From the NCBI GenBank assembly GCA_030141605.1, contig JAQGDQ010002366.1:876660-940659 (forward strand): 64,000 nt of DNA, read 5' to 3'. Position numbers and translations under genes: made by a program. The stretch's first letter is position 1, and each line of letters begins with the position of its first letter. This DNA comes from Tubiluchus corallicola (lineage: Eukaryota; Animalia; Priapulida). The notes beneath the pieces were generated by a model. It was not told the DNA's origin, did no database searches, and saw only the letters and a program-made list of their open reading frames with translations. Positions 1-12,330 of the stretch are shown in pieces.

Positions 1-139
1 AAAGACATTTCTGTCCAACTTTAGATTCATGCTCTAAAGGGAAACAGGCTTCAATTTAAAATTATAGTGCAAACTATAGTATAAAATATTGAAAGAAAGG
101 AAATGATTTTTTTAAGAATGGCCTTACAAGAAAGAATTA

Positions 140-214
140 TTACCACAGAAGTTTAATTTCACGTTCACGCTGGGTTACACCTATTTCGCCATTCCTTTTA
201 GATGTAGACAGCAC
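140..214 (-). CDS. Uncharacterised membrane protein gene, terminal coding exon 4 (VLSTSKRNGEIGVTQREREIKLLW*)
   Basis: Acceptor ...aagatgcag| at 215 on the minus strand, phase 0 matching exon 3. 75 nt ending in TAA (142-140), after a 94-nt intron. Confidence 0.65.
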   Translation of the reverse strand: MLSTSKRNGEIGVTQREREIKLLW

Positions 215-308
215 CTGCATCTTGGAAACACACTACACAAAAAATAAGTGGTGTACCACTTAGTTCAGTTCAGACACAGTGCACATTTTTGCCTAACAAT
301 TACTGTAC

Positions 309-421
309 CTGAATGCGATAAGCAGCAAAATTTTGCTGAAACGAAGAAATGCGTTGCTCAAAGATCCAACGAATAATCCCTATAACACTGCCAAGGAGAC
401 TCCAAATCACACTAAAAATTC
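309..421 (-). CDS. Uncharacterised membrane protein gene, coding exon 3 (G-IFSVIWSLLGSVIGIIRWIFEQRISSFQQNFAAYRIQ)
   Basis: Acceptor ttctcattttcag| and donor cag|gtacag. 113 nt, phase 1 to 0, open frame with a hydrophobic helix; phases fit both neighbours. Confidence 0.75.
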
Positions 422-1194
422 CTGAAAATGAGAATTACAAGCATGTCAAGGGAGATTAGAATAAGACATCTACAGGAGCATAATAGACTACTTCTAGGTT
501 TAATGACAGATAATTAATGTTTTTCAAGGAACTACAATTTTCTCTTTTTATAGCATTGATGAAGTTTTAAGTTACTGCACTATAATTACAGCTGTTAAAG
601 GGATTCTTGAAGTCAAAATGACCGATGAGTCTTTATAAAGTCAATATCAGCTTTTGTAGCTGATGTCAGAAGTTCGTGTAATTTGCTTCTAATGTCAAAC
701 AAAATCAACATAAGAAGCTGCAATGTAATAACTTTCATTTTATTAACAATATGAGTTTTACATCATGAAAAGATACTAATTCTGATGACTGATGTGGAAG
801 GAACTCAGTGAATATTTCTGAGCCAGGATTTGAACCCTGGGACTCCAATCCATCTAAACCCGTATACCTTTACGGGTATTTAAAAAAATTTCAAAACAGA
901 ATAAGCACATGCAGTTCTTGAATAATTAGGATTAGCATAATTATAACTTCTCAATAACTGTGCAGACAGTTTTCTTTGTAAAATTGCATTACAATAAAGT
1001 AATCACAAATAAGATAGCAAAATTTTAATTACTTGTGAAAACATTCTGTTTAATTACATATTAGAAAAAAGTCATTGGTAAAGCAAAAATATTTACAATC
1101 GCATAAATGATAAAATTTCACTTCTTCCATTTTTTACAAAATCAATGGTGTCTCTGATTGGTCTGAACTCATTAATAATAAGAAAAGCACTCAC

Positions 1195-1341
1195 CAGACA
1201 TAAAAGTGATTGCATATGAAGGTGAGATATACGAAACCAGCATCGGAACTAACAGAAGTGTGTACAGAATGTAAAATGTGTAGTTCAAGAGTGGGCCAAA
1301 GTTTAGGTAAGGTAACAACAGCATGGACGCCACCACACAAG
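1195..1341 (-). CDS. Uncharacterised membrane protein gene, coding exon 2 (A-CVVASMLLLPYLNFGPLLNYTFYILYTLLLVPMLVSYISPSYAITFMS)
   Basis: Acceptor ttttatttcag| and donor ctg|gtgagt. 147 nt, phase 1-1, inside ORF 1172..1375, strongly hydrophobic. Confidence 0.75.
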
Positions 1342-3150
1342 CTGAAATAAAATGTGGTGTCAATGAACAAGACATTGATGTAAATCATTGCTGACAAAAC
1401 TGTGATAATCGTTGATAATCACTGATAATCGGTGATTAAAAATTCTTCCAACTAGATAAGCCCATTACACTCTTATCAGACATTACACACCACATCACAC
1501 TCAACACACAAGTTACAGGAACATTCAGCCCAAAATAATCAATAACAAGTGTTAAAACAAACAAAAATCAACAAAAGTGACACCTATCCATATTCACTAT
1601 GTAGAATTATTTGGAAACTTTCCACTTCTTTTGAGTTTTGTAAACATTTGTAGATCAACATCAGTACCTCCTTTAATCCATTAACTAGGCAACTGTCACA
1701 AACTCACGTCACCTAGTAAATAGGTCTACAGTGCACAAGTTTGGACCATACTAGACAACATACATGTGTGAACAAAAAAATCTGTTACGCCTTCATCGTG
1801 TCAAAATCACGAGCTGGGACTCTAGCCCTTCACATGTAGTTGACAGAAACTTGACACAAATGTCGTGCTGTATCCAACCAGAGTAACAAGAGGTGCAATT
1901 TCCCATGGGCGTCCCCCATAACCTTTGACCCAAGGTAAAAAAAATTTCACATCCTAATTTTGTTTCAGAAAATTTTCCACATACATTTTCCAATAATAAT
2001 CATAAGTAGCATACTAATATTTTCAATTTTTTTGCGATTTTGACCTGTAATTTTTGTCCCCAATATCATTATAGGCCATCAGCCTAAGAGTCATTCTGGA
2101 GGAAGTGATACGCCACTCCTAATTACTAGCATCAAGGTGATTTGGATTCACCCACTATATCCTGTACAACTATTGACATTTCTATCTTTTTGTCACTGTC
2201 TTGGATATGCCCTCAAAATAACTTTCAACCTTGAATGTCACCTGTCCAAAATTACACCATACCAAAAAACTCAAAGCTAAACTACACAGTTTGGGTATAA
2301 CTGGCTTAAGTCAAACTGTGGGCGGGTGACAGGCACTGCACGACAGTATAATGTCTCCACAGTATCTAAGTCAAATGACCTAAAATAGAACTGGTAATTA
2401 AACCATGTACTTTCCTATCAGTCGATAATACATATTTTTCATCTAGCCTCGATGGCCTAGGAGATATAACTAATTTTTGGCTCCAGTAGGCATCATCTTG
2501 GGCTTATAGGTATATCTTGAAAGTGTCAAAGCCAATTTTGACCGATTTTTTGTTGAGGGTATCTGAAACCACGTTCTAACAGAACCTGAAGAAAAAAATT
2601 CTATTGCAACTTGCTCTAGATTACTTGTTATCTTTACCCACCTAATGCAATACTTATTATTTAGAGCAATCAATAAATCTGCTCTTATAAAATGGAAAAT
2701 ATTAAAACATCAAGTTAACTGAAAACCTAAATACGTTGAAAAAAACCACTGTCATGATGATGGCAGTGTAATCTTATTTATGTTATAAATAACAAACAAC
2801 AAATAAGTAATAAAGGCATACCAAACATTTGGTGTCTATCTTCCATCATGTATGGAGTCTGTAGACAACCAACAGCAGCCATTGTTGATGATCACATTTA
2901 CACAGTTTCATTATTATAGACATGGTTGCATGATGTTGACATAGAAACATGCAGCTAAGATAAACGCTCAGCCTCTGAGGCAAATTAGAGTTGAACATCA
3001 TCTGAAACAGTTTGTAAAGACAAGGTTCACATTTAAGCTGATTATAACAACACGCAAATGAAAAACTTTTGATTTTACATTTATTGGAAGGTTGTGAGTC
3101 CTTTCAAACTTTGTAAAACAAACATATAACTTACTGGTGACAATGAAGTA

Positions 3151-3662
3151 CAGTAGTACCTCTGTTTTCGACCATAATTCGTTCCAAAAAAGTGTTTGAA
3201 AACCGATTTGGTTGAGAACCGAATCATTTATTCCCATAAGAAATAATGTAAAAGCAAATAATCCATTCTCAAGCACCAAATGAACTGTAAAGTATTACTA
3301 AAATGAAATATAATAATGCAAAAATGTTTATTCAAACAGAAGATATAATATAATTGATAAGAAAAACATAATAGAATTATTTTGAAAGAAAAACATAATT
3401 GTTCCTGCATGAAAAAGAGGAGAAAAGTAAGCGTAGAAAGCACTTAGTGATGTTAGGCGATTCAAATGTTAGCGTGACTACTCTCGGGTGCGGCAGGTTA
3501 CGCTCGGCTCTACTCGGCTTCGCGTGCATGCGTTCATCACGTGTTTGGCAGTTGGTCAAGTCCGAAATTCTGGTCGAGAGCGGAGACAATTTCAGCTCGA
3601 ATTTTCTGGTCGAAAACCGATTTGTACGAGTACGGAGACGTTCGACAATAGAGGTATAACTG
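3151..3662. mobile_element. Tc1/mariner-pogo (Tigger-like) non-autonomous MITE
   Basis: Imperfect TIRs cagtagtacctctgttttcgacc / (rc) cagttatacctctattgtcgaac, TA on both sides (3149-50, 3663-64), internal gaaaaccgattt repeats. Confidence 0.75.
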
Positions 3663-5394
3663 TAGTTAGAAATCTAAAACTGCCCAAGCACAATGCGAAG
3701 GTGCTAATCCACAGACCAAACACAAGTTTGCAAAATAAAACCACAAGTTTCTACAAGCTAAGTCAGAGATTGTGTGGACACAGTAAGCAACTTTAAAATT
3801 TTCTTGTGGATTTGCAGAGCTGCAGACCTACACTGCTTGCAGAACCAGCAAAGTCATGGAAGCAATCTATTTATTTTGCAGATCCAGCTCGTGGAATCTA
3901 GAACCGATTTGACTGACAGCTTAATTCACTTTGTTTCTACGGCTCTGGCTTAAAACATGCACATCAAGCCTGACCAGTCACTTAGTAAATGATCTACCTC
4001 CATGCCAAGCAAATGCTTGCAGTCTCACAAACAGCCTAATCAAAATAAATTAGCATCGCAGCTTTAAAAGTTACTGATTTTTTGCACTCGATTCAAGTGG
4101 ATTTAACGTATAGATAAAACACCGCAACTTTATTAAAAATTAACTGGGACTTATTAATAAAAGAAAGTTTATCTATGTACCCTAATAAGCCTTTTCTTAA
4201 TGTACAAAGCAGTTCAATGCCTTTAACTTTATTCTTAAACACATAGCTATTTGTTACTGTATCAGTCACTTCTCTACAGGTCTGCTTTATCGTTATATAT
4301 TTGGCTTTTTGTAAATACATAATTAGTGCATAATTTACTGTGTCAATTTCTTTTCTAGTGGCCTGGTTATTTATTACCTATTTGGCTTCTGTTAAATACA
4401 TGGTTAGTTTTAATGTACAGAGTTTGCGGATTTCAAGAAACCAGTCTTTTCAGACACAAAAAAATAATAATGGGACGATATTAAAATTTTTAACGACGCC
4501 AATTTCCAAAACGATTCTTGATTTAGACATTTTTGCTCCTTGTAGACCATTCTCGATGCAAATGACAATTAGTATATTGAAATTAAACGTGCAATACGGT
4601 ACCAACCTTTCAAAATGAACTAACTGTTTTGACTGTTGAATTTAAGTTTAATGCAAATTTAGCTAGAGTGGTCCCAAGCAAACTTTGTTACTCATATGGT
4701 ATGTTATTTAGAGTGACCAGTACATTTTGAAAAAGGCGTAAAATTGTTGCATGTTTATTTTTATAACACTAATTGTCATTTACATTAATAATGCTTTACG
4801 ATAAGCGAAACGACTGGAAAATAAAGTTTCCATGCTACCATACCAGCATTTATTAGGGGCGTATTCAAAAATAATCACTGGCACTTACTTTTCTCAAAAT
4901 TTTTGTATATTAGTTTGAAGAAATTAATGATTTACATTATGAGCATAAGCATATCTACTGCTACTTGTGCACTTACTTGCAGATGTTCCAGACTTCCAGC
5001 CTGATTGTTTTCATTCAAACATGTCAAAGGGTTGGTATAAATGTACCATAGTGATGCCAGTTTACACAATGTTGTCTTTTTTACCATGAAATGCTACGAG
5101 TTACGAATTATTATATTAGAAATCATGAACGTGCCTGATAATACACTGAACAGATTGTAAAAACTTTAGTAAAATCAATTGCGGATTAAGATTTTTGAAG
5201 TTCTCGACATAGATGCAACACATAATATACATAGAGGCATTAAATAAGCTAAAAATAGTAAAAAACATAGTTGATAGCAATTCAGACAGAACTGGGGCCA
5301 TACTCCACATTTAATAGTGTTTATAGGTCACAATACATTAGCAGATACCATAATTTTGGAATACCAAAATGCGAAAAAAAACGTTAAAAATCTT

Positions 5395-6191
5395 GGCGCT
5401 ATTACACTTTCGCACCTCCTAGTTTTTTCTGGCCTATTGTTTGTTTTCACGCCTGCAGGCCAGAAAGCAGACCAACAGGCGTAATATATACCATATTCCC
5501 ATAATATTATTGGTTTTTAGGCCTTACAATTCCAGATTAAAGTCATACATTACTTACCGTCACCAACACGCAAGAAGCTCCACGTGAATAACTGTGTTTA
5601 GCGCAGTGACGTATGTGGCCCTTAACCTGTATTTTTAGTTTCTTTGCATAATTTATGATTATTATGGTTGCAGCCACGGAAGTTTGTATCGTATTAGAGT
5701 GTGCCCTTGTTACTTCAAAAATATTAATGTAAAATATTTATCGCGATATCTTCGGTGTTTCGATGGTATCAAAATAGTGGTAGTGATGACGATAACGATA
5801 AAAATAACACTGCAGTAATGGTGGTGATAATGAGTATATATCATTAATTTTATTTATTACTGTAGTATTATTAGATTATAAAAGTAAAGGTTTTTTCTTT
5901 ATTTCGTAAATGCGGTTAAGATAAAAGTGTGTCAAGTGCCTTTTAAGCTAGGCCCTCATAATGCATACACTAGTACGAAATTCGTCACGTGACTACACAC
6001 ACAAACATGATGGCGATACGAACTGTATAGTGTACAACTGTGAATACAACGTAATTATACACTAAATATATGAGTAAATTACCACGAGATTAGCGGAAAC
6101 ATTCACTGATGACGTGAGAATAATAACCTACGAGCCTAGAAACGAGTAATAACCTAGAAAAAACTAGGAGGTGCGAAAGTGTAATAGCGCC
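5395..6191. mobile_element. MITE with perfect 36-bp TIRs and 8-bp TSD, Merlin-like
   Basis: TIR ggcgctattacactttcgcacctcctagttttttct at 5395-5430, exact reverse complement at 6156-6191. Identical TSD aaaatctt at 5387-5394 and 6192-6199. GG termini with an 8-bp TSD fit the Merlin superfamily (superfamily call is inference). Confidence 0.9.
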
Positions 6192-6518
6192 AAAATCTTA
6201 AACCTGGTAATGCAGATTGCTTGTTTTGAATCTATATTACTATTATTATCACAGTCTAAGGTTTTCATAACTTAGCCCTCTGCATGTTAGTTTGGTATAC
6301 AGAACAATACTTAAAAATAAAATGCACAAAAAGCTCACTGCAGTTTTTATAGAAATTTTATTATTCTAGCAATTTACACGCTACTTCGAATACATTAATA
6401 TTTCCCTAATTCAGTGATTTTCCGAACTTATAGACTAGGTGAGCCCAATGAGGTACTGCAAAACGCTTAAACTTTTCTTTACTTTCCTGCCTTTAACTAA
6501 AACAACGGTGTTTCTAAC

Positions 6519-6795
6519 CTGCTTCGAGAAGCAGTCTACATGCAAATAATGTGATTGAAATCATTGAAACCAATTTCACTTCATCGTGAACATCAAGTCC
6601 GTCAACCACTGACAACAAGTCAGCTGATTGATTCAGTAGCTGTTCTTTTGTTTTACAGCCTACTGGGATGTGGTGACATCTACGGCAATTTTGTAAACTA
6701 TTTGAAAAAGTACAGTAAGCAAAGCCAAACATAAACAAGAAGATGATGGCTGTGTATGGGTTTCTATGCTTGGTTCTCCTTAGAATATTCTGCAT
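6519..6795 (-). CDS. Uncharacterised membrane protein gene, first coding exon (MQNILRRTKHRNPYTAIIFLFMFGFAYCTF...LFACRLLLEA)
   Basis: aaaATG start context, 92 open codons with an N-terminal hydrophobic stretch and a Cys cluster. Donor gcag|gttaga is phase 1, matching exon 2. Confidence 0.65.
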
Positions 6796-7804
6796 TTTAA
6801 AAGGTACGTCAGTTTTCTGAGTTTGTTTGTCTTTCGAATTTTCCTTGCATCGACAGTGCCTGCCAGTGATGCTACTGCTATTTTTATGAATGATCAGTAA
6901 GCTGAGTAACTGAGACTGGTGTTTTTTAAGACCCGTCTGTCATTCTTAAAACTATTAGGGCAATTCGTTTTTGTATTCTACATTGTAAATTATTATACTA
7001 GTGTTGCAGCTGACAGTTTTTTAAGTGTTTACTTGCATTTGTTGTTAAATATACAATCATGTACAGTAATATATTTCTATTAAATTCGTCAGTAGATACC
7101 GTCCTTTGGTCTAGAGTAGATCTACAGTACTAAAATTTAATTTGTAATCAATACAGTTTTCAGCCTTACCACAATTATGTGAATTATTGCCAAGCGTTTG
7201 GTTTTTGCGCAAAACTACTTTCCTGTACATTCCCCTTCCAGGTAATTTTCGTTTACTGATACTGCTTGTATATTCATTGTGCTGTTTAATTGTCAAGTTA
7301 AATAAATAAATTACTTATCTTTTCTGTAATTGTGTTATTACGCCAATAAAAACAAAATTTTGATGAAATATATGTCGTTACCTGAGTACCTGTCTGTCTC
7401 CTGGCGCGGCTATTTTTGTTTTACATTGGTATCCAGGTAACGGTGCTGCACGCTCCAGTGACCTTTAAATCAACTCCCACGCAGGGACAGGTAGTGCTAG
7501 CAGACTGGTGTGATACATGCAGCGGCAGGCACTATGATCTACTGTTAAATAACTTCAGAAGTTCTCTTTTTAATCAATGCATGGTTAGCTCAATTTTTCG
7601 TTACATAGTTTAAAGCTGAAATGTGCATAAAGTATTAGCAAAAGTTAATATAATTATGAAGCAAAATGTAGTCATAAACTTATAAATAACCTAACTAACT
7701 AACTATTATAATCTTAATGTCAAGACTATTACTAATGATGGTACAAACCCACAATTAATTAAATGTTGATTACCAAAATGGAAAGGGGGAAATGTGAAAA
7801 AGTT

Positions 7805-7881
7805 GGGATACAGCCTGGATTTGAACCGGGTGCCTTCTGCTTAAAAAACATCTACCTTAGACCACTAGATTACTGCATCCC
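7805..7881 (-). pseudogene. tRNA-like sequence (tRNA pseudogene or SINE head)
   Basis: Minus strand has A-box-like tagtggtctaagg, B-box ggttcaaatcc and pairing ends gggatgcag/ctgtatccc. No convincing anticodon arm. Confidence 0.55.
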
Positions 7882-9094
7882 AGTGTGCAAGACAGTCCAA
7901 AGTTTATCCCATTGGTGGCCAACCGAATTCAGCTTTTCCAACGTTAGGTCGCTCACACTAGAGTGCTTTCAACAAATTACAACTCTATATTATAATAAAC
8001 ATTTACATAATAAACACTTCTAAGATTAGCATAAGAAGCATTTTAAATTGAAACTAACAATTTACGGGATAAGTCGTCTTTAATGTAAATAAAATATAGG
8101 CTTGATTATAGAAAACAAGCACACATTTCTCTGGATTTCAGCAATTAAAATCACATGTTACAATACCGATTAGTTCACATATGGTCCCTTTATTTCCACA
8201 TTTTTGGACAGGATGTCGTATTTTGCACCCCGATTTTAACTGGTTACACAGATCTGCCTATCTAGCGTCATATTCGGGGTTGCCAAGGTTTATCACAACA
8301 GAAACATCTGCATCAGGGTGTCTGGTGTCCTCTCCCAAGTGTCCCACTTGGCGATTTTTGTTGGTCATCAAAAGTGCATAATAACACGTGAAGGAAAGTG
8401 AGCCCACTTTGCAATGTTTATGGTGTCACTCATGTGTTCGTCAAATGATCGTTGGGTGAGTGGGGTCATTTGGAAGTAATGGAGACTAGTGTTTGATGTC
8501 ACTAGTGTAGTGGTCGCTTTAATTATAGCAAAGCGAGAAGTTTTATTTACTCAAACCCCCGCTAGTACACTGGCGTCGGGTATTGCCGATAGCAAAAATT
8601 TCAGATGCTAATATAAAATATAAGGCAGTTTTGACAGTTCCGAGTGTCTTATAGTACTTTTAGCTGTTTTGATCTCAGGCTGTATTACATGTCAATGTAA
8701 TTCAACAATAACTCCGGCATTTGAAGCTTATTTTTTGTCCATGTAAATTTTGAATGTAAAGATACGATAACCATAAGTTTTTCTCAACTCACAGCAGATG
8801 TTTGGTTTAATTTATTGCACTTTTGTTTGCATGCTTTCGGCCTGAACTTACATTACTGTAAAACTATGGTTAACTTGGCCACCTTTCTATAATTATTGAT
8901 TCTTTTGTCATACCAATTAATTTGAGTCTTTTTGGCATTACTGACTAATGTTTGAAAAACGGGTGTGCATGGGTGTTAATTAAAATTTCTTAATTATGCA
9001 CTTTTAGACAAAATCTTAATTTTTATGCTAAAATACGGAAGCTGTTGTACTCCGTTGACTGCATTCTCCTTGAAGAGACAAACAGTGATCTGAC

Positions 9095-9474
9095 AGCATA
9101 ACTTCTATAACTTTAAAATTGACAACGAACAATGCTGTGACACTATAACCCCTATAACTCTAACTTTGATGATGAACAGTGCTGCAAGGCGTAACCCCTA
9201 TAACTTCAACTTTGATGATGAACAATGCTGCAAGGCATAACCCCTATAACTTTAACTTTGACGATGAACAATGCTGCAAGGCATAACCCCTATAACTTTA
9301 ACTTTGATGATGAACAATGCTGAAACGGAGTAACCCCTGTAACTTTAAGGTTGATGACAAACAATGTTCTAATAGCATACCCCTGTAACTTTATGTTTGG
9401 CAAATTGACGATCAACAATGCTATAACAGCCTAACCCCTGTAACTTTAAAGCTGATGACAAACATTGCCCCGAC
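9095..9474 (+). repeat. 46-bp minisatellite, about 8 diverged copies
   Basis: Unit aacaatgctgcaaggcataacccctataactttaactttgatgatg; copies start at 9221 and 9267 (period 46). Confidence 0.9.
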
Positions 9475-9880
9475 TAAGGATGTTAACGATAACTATACGT
9501 ATCGATAATTATTGAATATCGTATCGATACGAAAAATTTGTTTTGTCGTTATCGTATCGATATTATTCTAGGTATATCGTTATCGTATCAATTTTGGCTT
9601 GTTCATTGCTTATCGCTTAATTTTATAAAATTGCTTCACTTTTTTTCAATTTACTTACAGAAATTAAGCAAAACAGTGGATGAAAAGAATTATTTAAATT
9701 TGTCAGACGTATGCTTGTCAGACGCATGCAGTTGCACTTTCGCTTTGCGTTAGTGGTTATCTTTATTCTGATTCTGAATCATACAGACTCGCAGATGCCG
9801 AATACAGTGTACCGTATTTTTGGTGTCTTCGGACATGTGTAATTGTGCAGCTCGCATAGATAAATCTTTATATTGTAGTA

Positions 9881-9911
<31 letters not shown>

Positions 9912-10175
9912 AGCTTGCTTATTTAGATGCTACATTATAACAACGAAGCAGAAAATTTCGTGCGTAGTCACGAATGGTTACATAAATAGTTTAATTATTA
10001 GAGATACTTTTTCTGTTGTTGCATAAATTTTCTAACTTCAGTGTCGGTTTTATCGCTCGAAATAATTTATCGTATCGTATCGTCTAAAAAGTGGATTATC
10101 GTTATCGTATCGTTGGAAAAAGTATCGTATCGTATCCTTATTGTATCGCCAAATTTGTATCGTTTAACATCCATA
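9475..10175. mobile_element. hAT-like MITE with TATCG subterminal repeats
   Basis: TIRs taaggatgttaacgata / (rc) tatggatgttaaacgata. 8-bp TSD gccccgac (9467-74) / gccctgac (10176-83). Dense atcgt/tatcg motifs at both ends and an internal (AT)n. Confidence 0.85.
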
Positions 10176-11316
10176 GCCCTGACAACGTAACTCCTTTTAA
10201 TGTAAGATTAACCTAACTAAGAATATTTGTTCTGTAATTTGTAAATTACAAAGCTGTTTAACCGGATCCTCAAAAAGGAAACCATTCGGTCTGAGCAGCT
10301 TTTATTTTATTGTTTTACACAACACAAAGGCAGAATTCCAAACCTGAAAGGTTTTCCGGGAATAGACCACAATGAAGTTACACAAGTTGTTGAAAATTAT
10401 TCTGAGAAGGTTTGGTACAGCAATAACTTGAAAAAGTTCACCCATTTTACACCAATATTTTCTTGGTTGGCTCTTACACAGAAAAAAAATCTTTTTAGAT
10501 CTTTACAATGTTTATGCTGATCATTATGACAACTATGAGAAATGAATTACAACTGTAACTTCTTAATCACTTATCTCGTTTCTTGTGCCCAACAGTCTGT
10601 ACATGTCGTCTGGAACTTCATTAACTGCTTTGAACCGTATATCGTATTAGTTTATAAAAAGTTTATAAAAAGCATCCTACGCCACATGACACTACGCACA
10701 TTAGAAAGCAACAGCAAGAATAAAAATATTTTGCACAATGATGTTGAAACTGAGTGAAATGACAAAAGCTAATAAATCCATCCACTGATGATCAAAACTG
10801 CACAAACTTTCTACAAGGTCTTTGTTTTTTACACCTTCCGAAATGATGGTGATGGGTTATCTGTTAACAGATGCGACCTTCTTTATCAGGATGTTATTTA
10901 GAGCGTCATTTTACCGTTGCTGTAGAACCAAATATTTGCGAAAATTTAGAATACGCATTGTTTGGTTACAACGAGTAAATGGCGGAGTTCTGTATTACAC
11001 GAACAATGAGAACAAAACTGGCTTAACGGCGAAGAAGATCCGTTTATAGATTTACATCGCAAGCGAGCAACCCACAAAGATCAGTAGACAGGAAATTGTA
11101 AAAGTTTTGTTAGCGTTGTTTTACATTTGTGCTTTTTTGTACTTTAAAGCTGTTATATAACTTGTATTTTCTTATTTGAGCTTGTGCTTTTCAACAATGA
11201 ATTCCTAGTCTGGAATGGTTTGTCCCGGTCGTCTGTCAAGCTGGATTATGCGTAAATCCCGCGATGAGTCATCCCTTTCATCTTCAAGTCTTTCCCATTG
11301 CACAGGAAAGATTTAC

Positions 11317-11560
11317 CTAAGTTTTATGGCCGTAATATATGCTTGATCATCGTGGTAGCTTCCACGCTAAATTTTGTCAGTTGGAAGAAAAAACGCTGCA
11401 AATAGGAGTATGTCAAGGATGGCGACCATTTTCCTAAGCGTTAACTTTGTCTGTCTGTGACTCTGAGATTGAGTGCATCCGGAGCCGGAAGTAACATGAC
11501 GTTGCTTCGCTCCTGAGACTGCACCTTTCTCCTGGATTCGGCCATAATCTGTTCGATGCG
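11317..11560. promoter_or_regulatory. Candidate promoter / non-coding first exon of the minus-strand gene
   Basis: Locally GC/CpG-richer. ETS-type CCGGAAGT at 11485-92, YY1-like aaaatggtcgcc on the minus strand (~11420-11431), minus-strand donor ttag|gtaaat at 11317/11316. Confidence 0.4.
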
Positions 11561-12084
11561 CAGTGGTCCATTCATCTTCATTATTTCACTTTACGCGCTT
11601 TGGCTTTGCATAAACCGTTTTTATGGTAGAAGTTGAACGTTTTCACCATGCTGCTTAGTATAAAATGATTCGTACTTAGATCGATATATAGTATACGATA
11701 CTATACCATTATGCTATGCGAAATATGATTGTTTTAAGAATTAAACATAATATAATTAGAATCTTTGTACCATGAGTGCGTACACATTCAGAAAACTTGG
11801 AGTAATTATTAAGCGCTTTACTTTTTTTTCAGAAAAGGACTAACCTGCTTTAAAAGCTGTTCGTCATCTCTAAAACACATTTATGGTTAAACTGTAACAT
11901 GGTGATCTCTACTTTTTTACTACAGTCGGTGCAGGTAGTTGAAGTTTAACAGAGCACCACAAACCACTAAAACAGAGTAAAGTGCTAAGAGAAAATGCAG
12001 AAATTTCGTTATGAAATAGAAATATGATAGCTATATGAAATCCTAATCGTGAGATTGAGATCACTGTTAAGAATATATGCAGCA

Positions 12085-12119
12085 ATAATAATAACAATAA
12101 TAATAATAATAATAATAAT

Positions 12120-12151
<32 letters not shown>

Positions 12152-12330
12152 CGTTATTTAATGTCGGCATTAAATTCAACAGAGAACACAAGCTTTGAGG
12201 CCTTTGTCGCTGAATGTAAATAACGAACTACAACGACATAATAGAGATACCCAAAATAGCACGCGCCAGGCAGGGCAACAGCAGGTACCATTTTTAAAGT
12301 CTTTGGTATAACCTGCCGTAGTATCGAATA
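12085..12330 (-). mobile_element. SINE copy 1 (family shared with 39678 and 44540) with trinucleotide tail
   Basis: Shares (rc) taccaaagactttaaaaatggtacctgctgttgccctg and taaattcaacagagaacacaagc with the other copies; abuts (AAT)n(GAT)n. Confidence 0.7.

Noticed and set aside
7805-7881. Functional tRNA gene
   Set aside because: A and B boxes and pairing ends are present but the anticodon arm does not form; similar B-box fragments near 830 and 12550 point to SINE relics.
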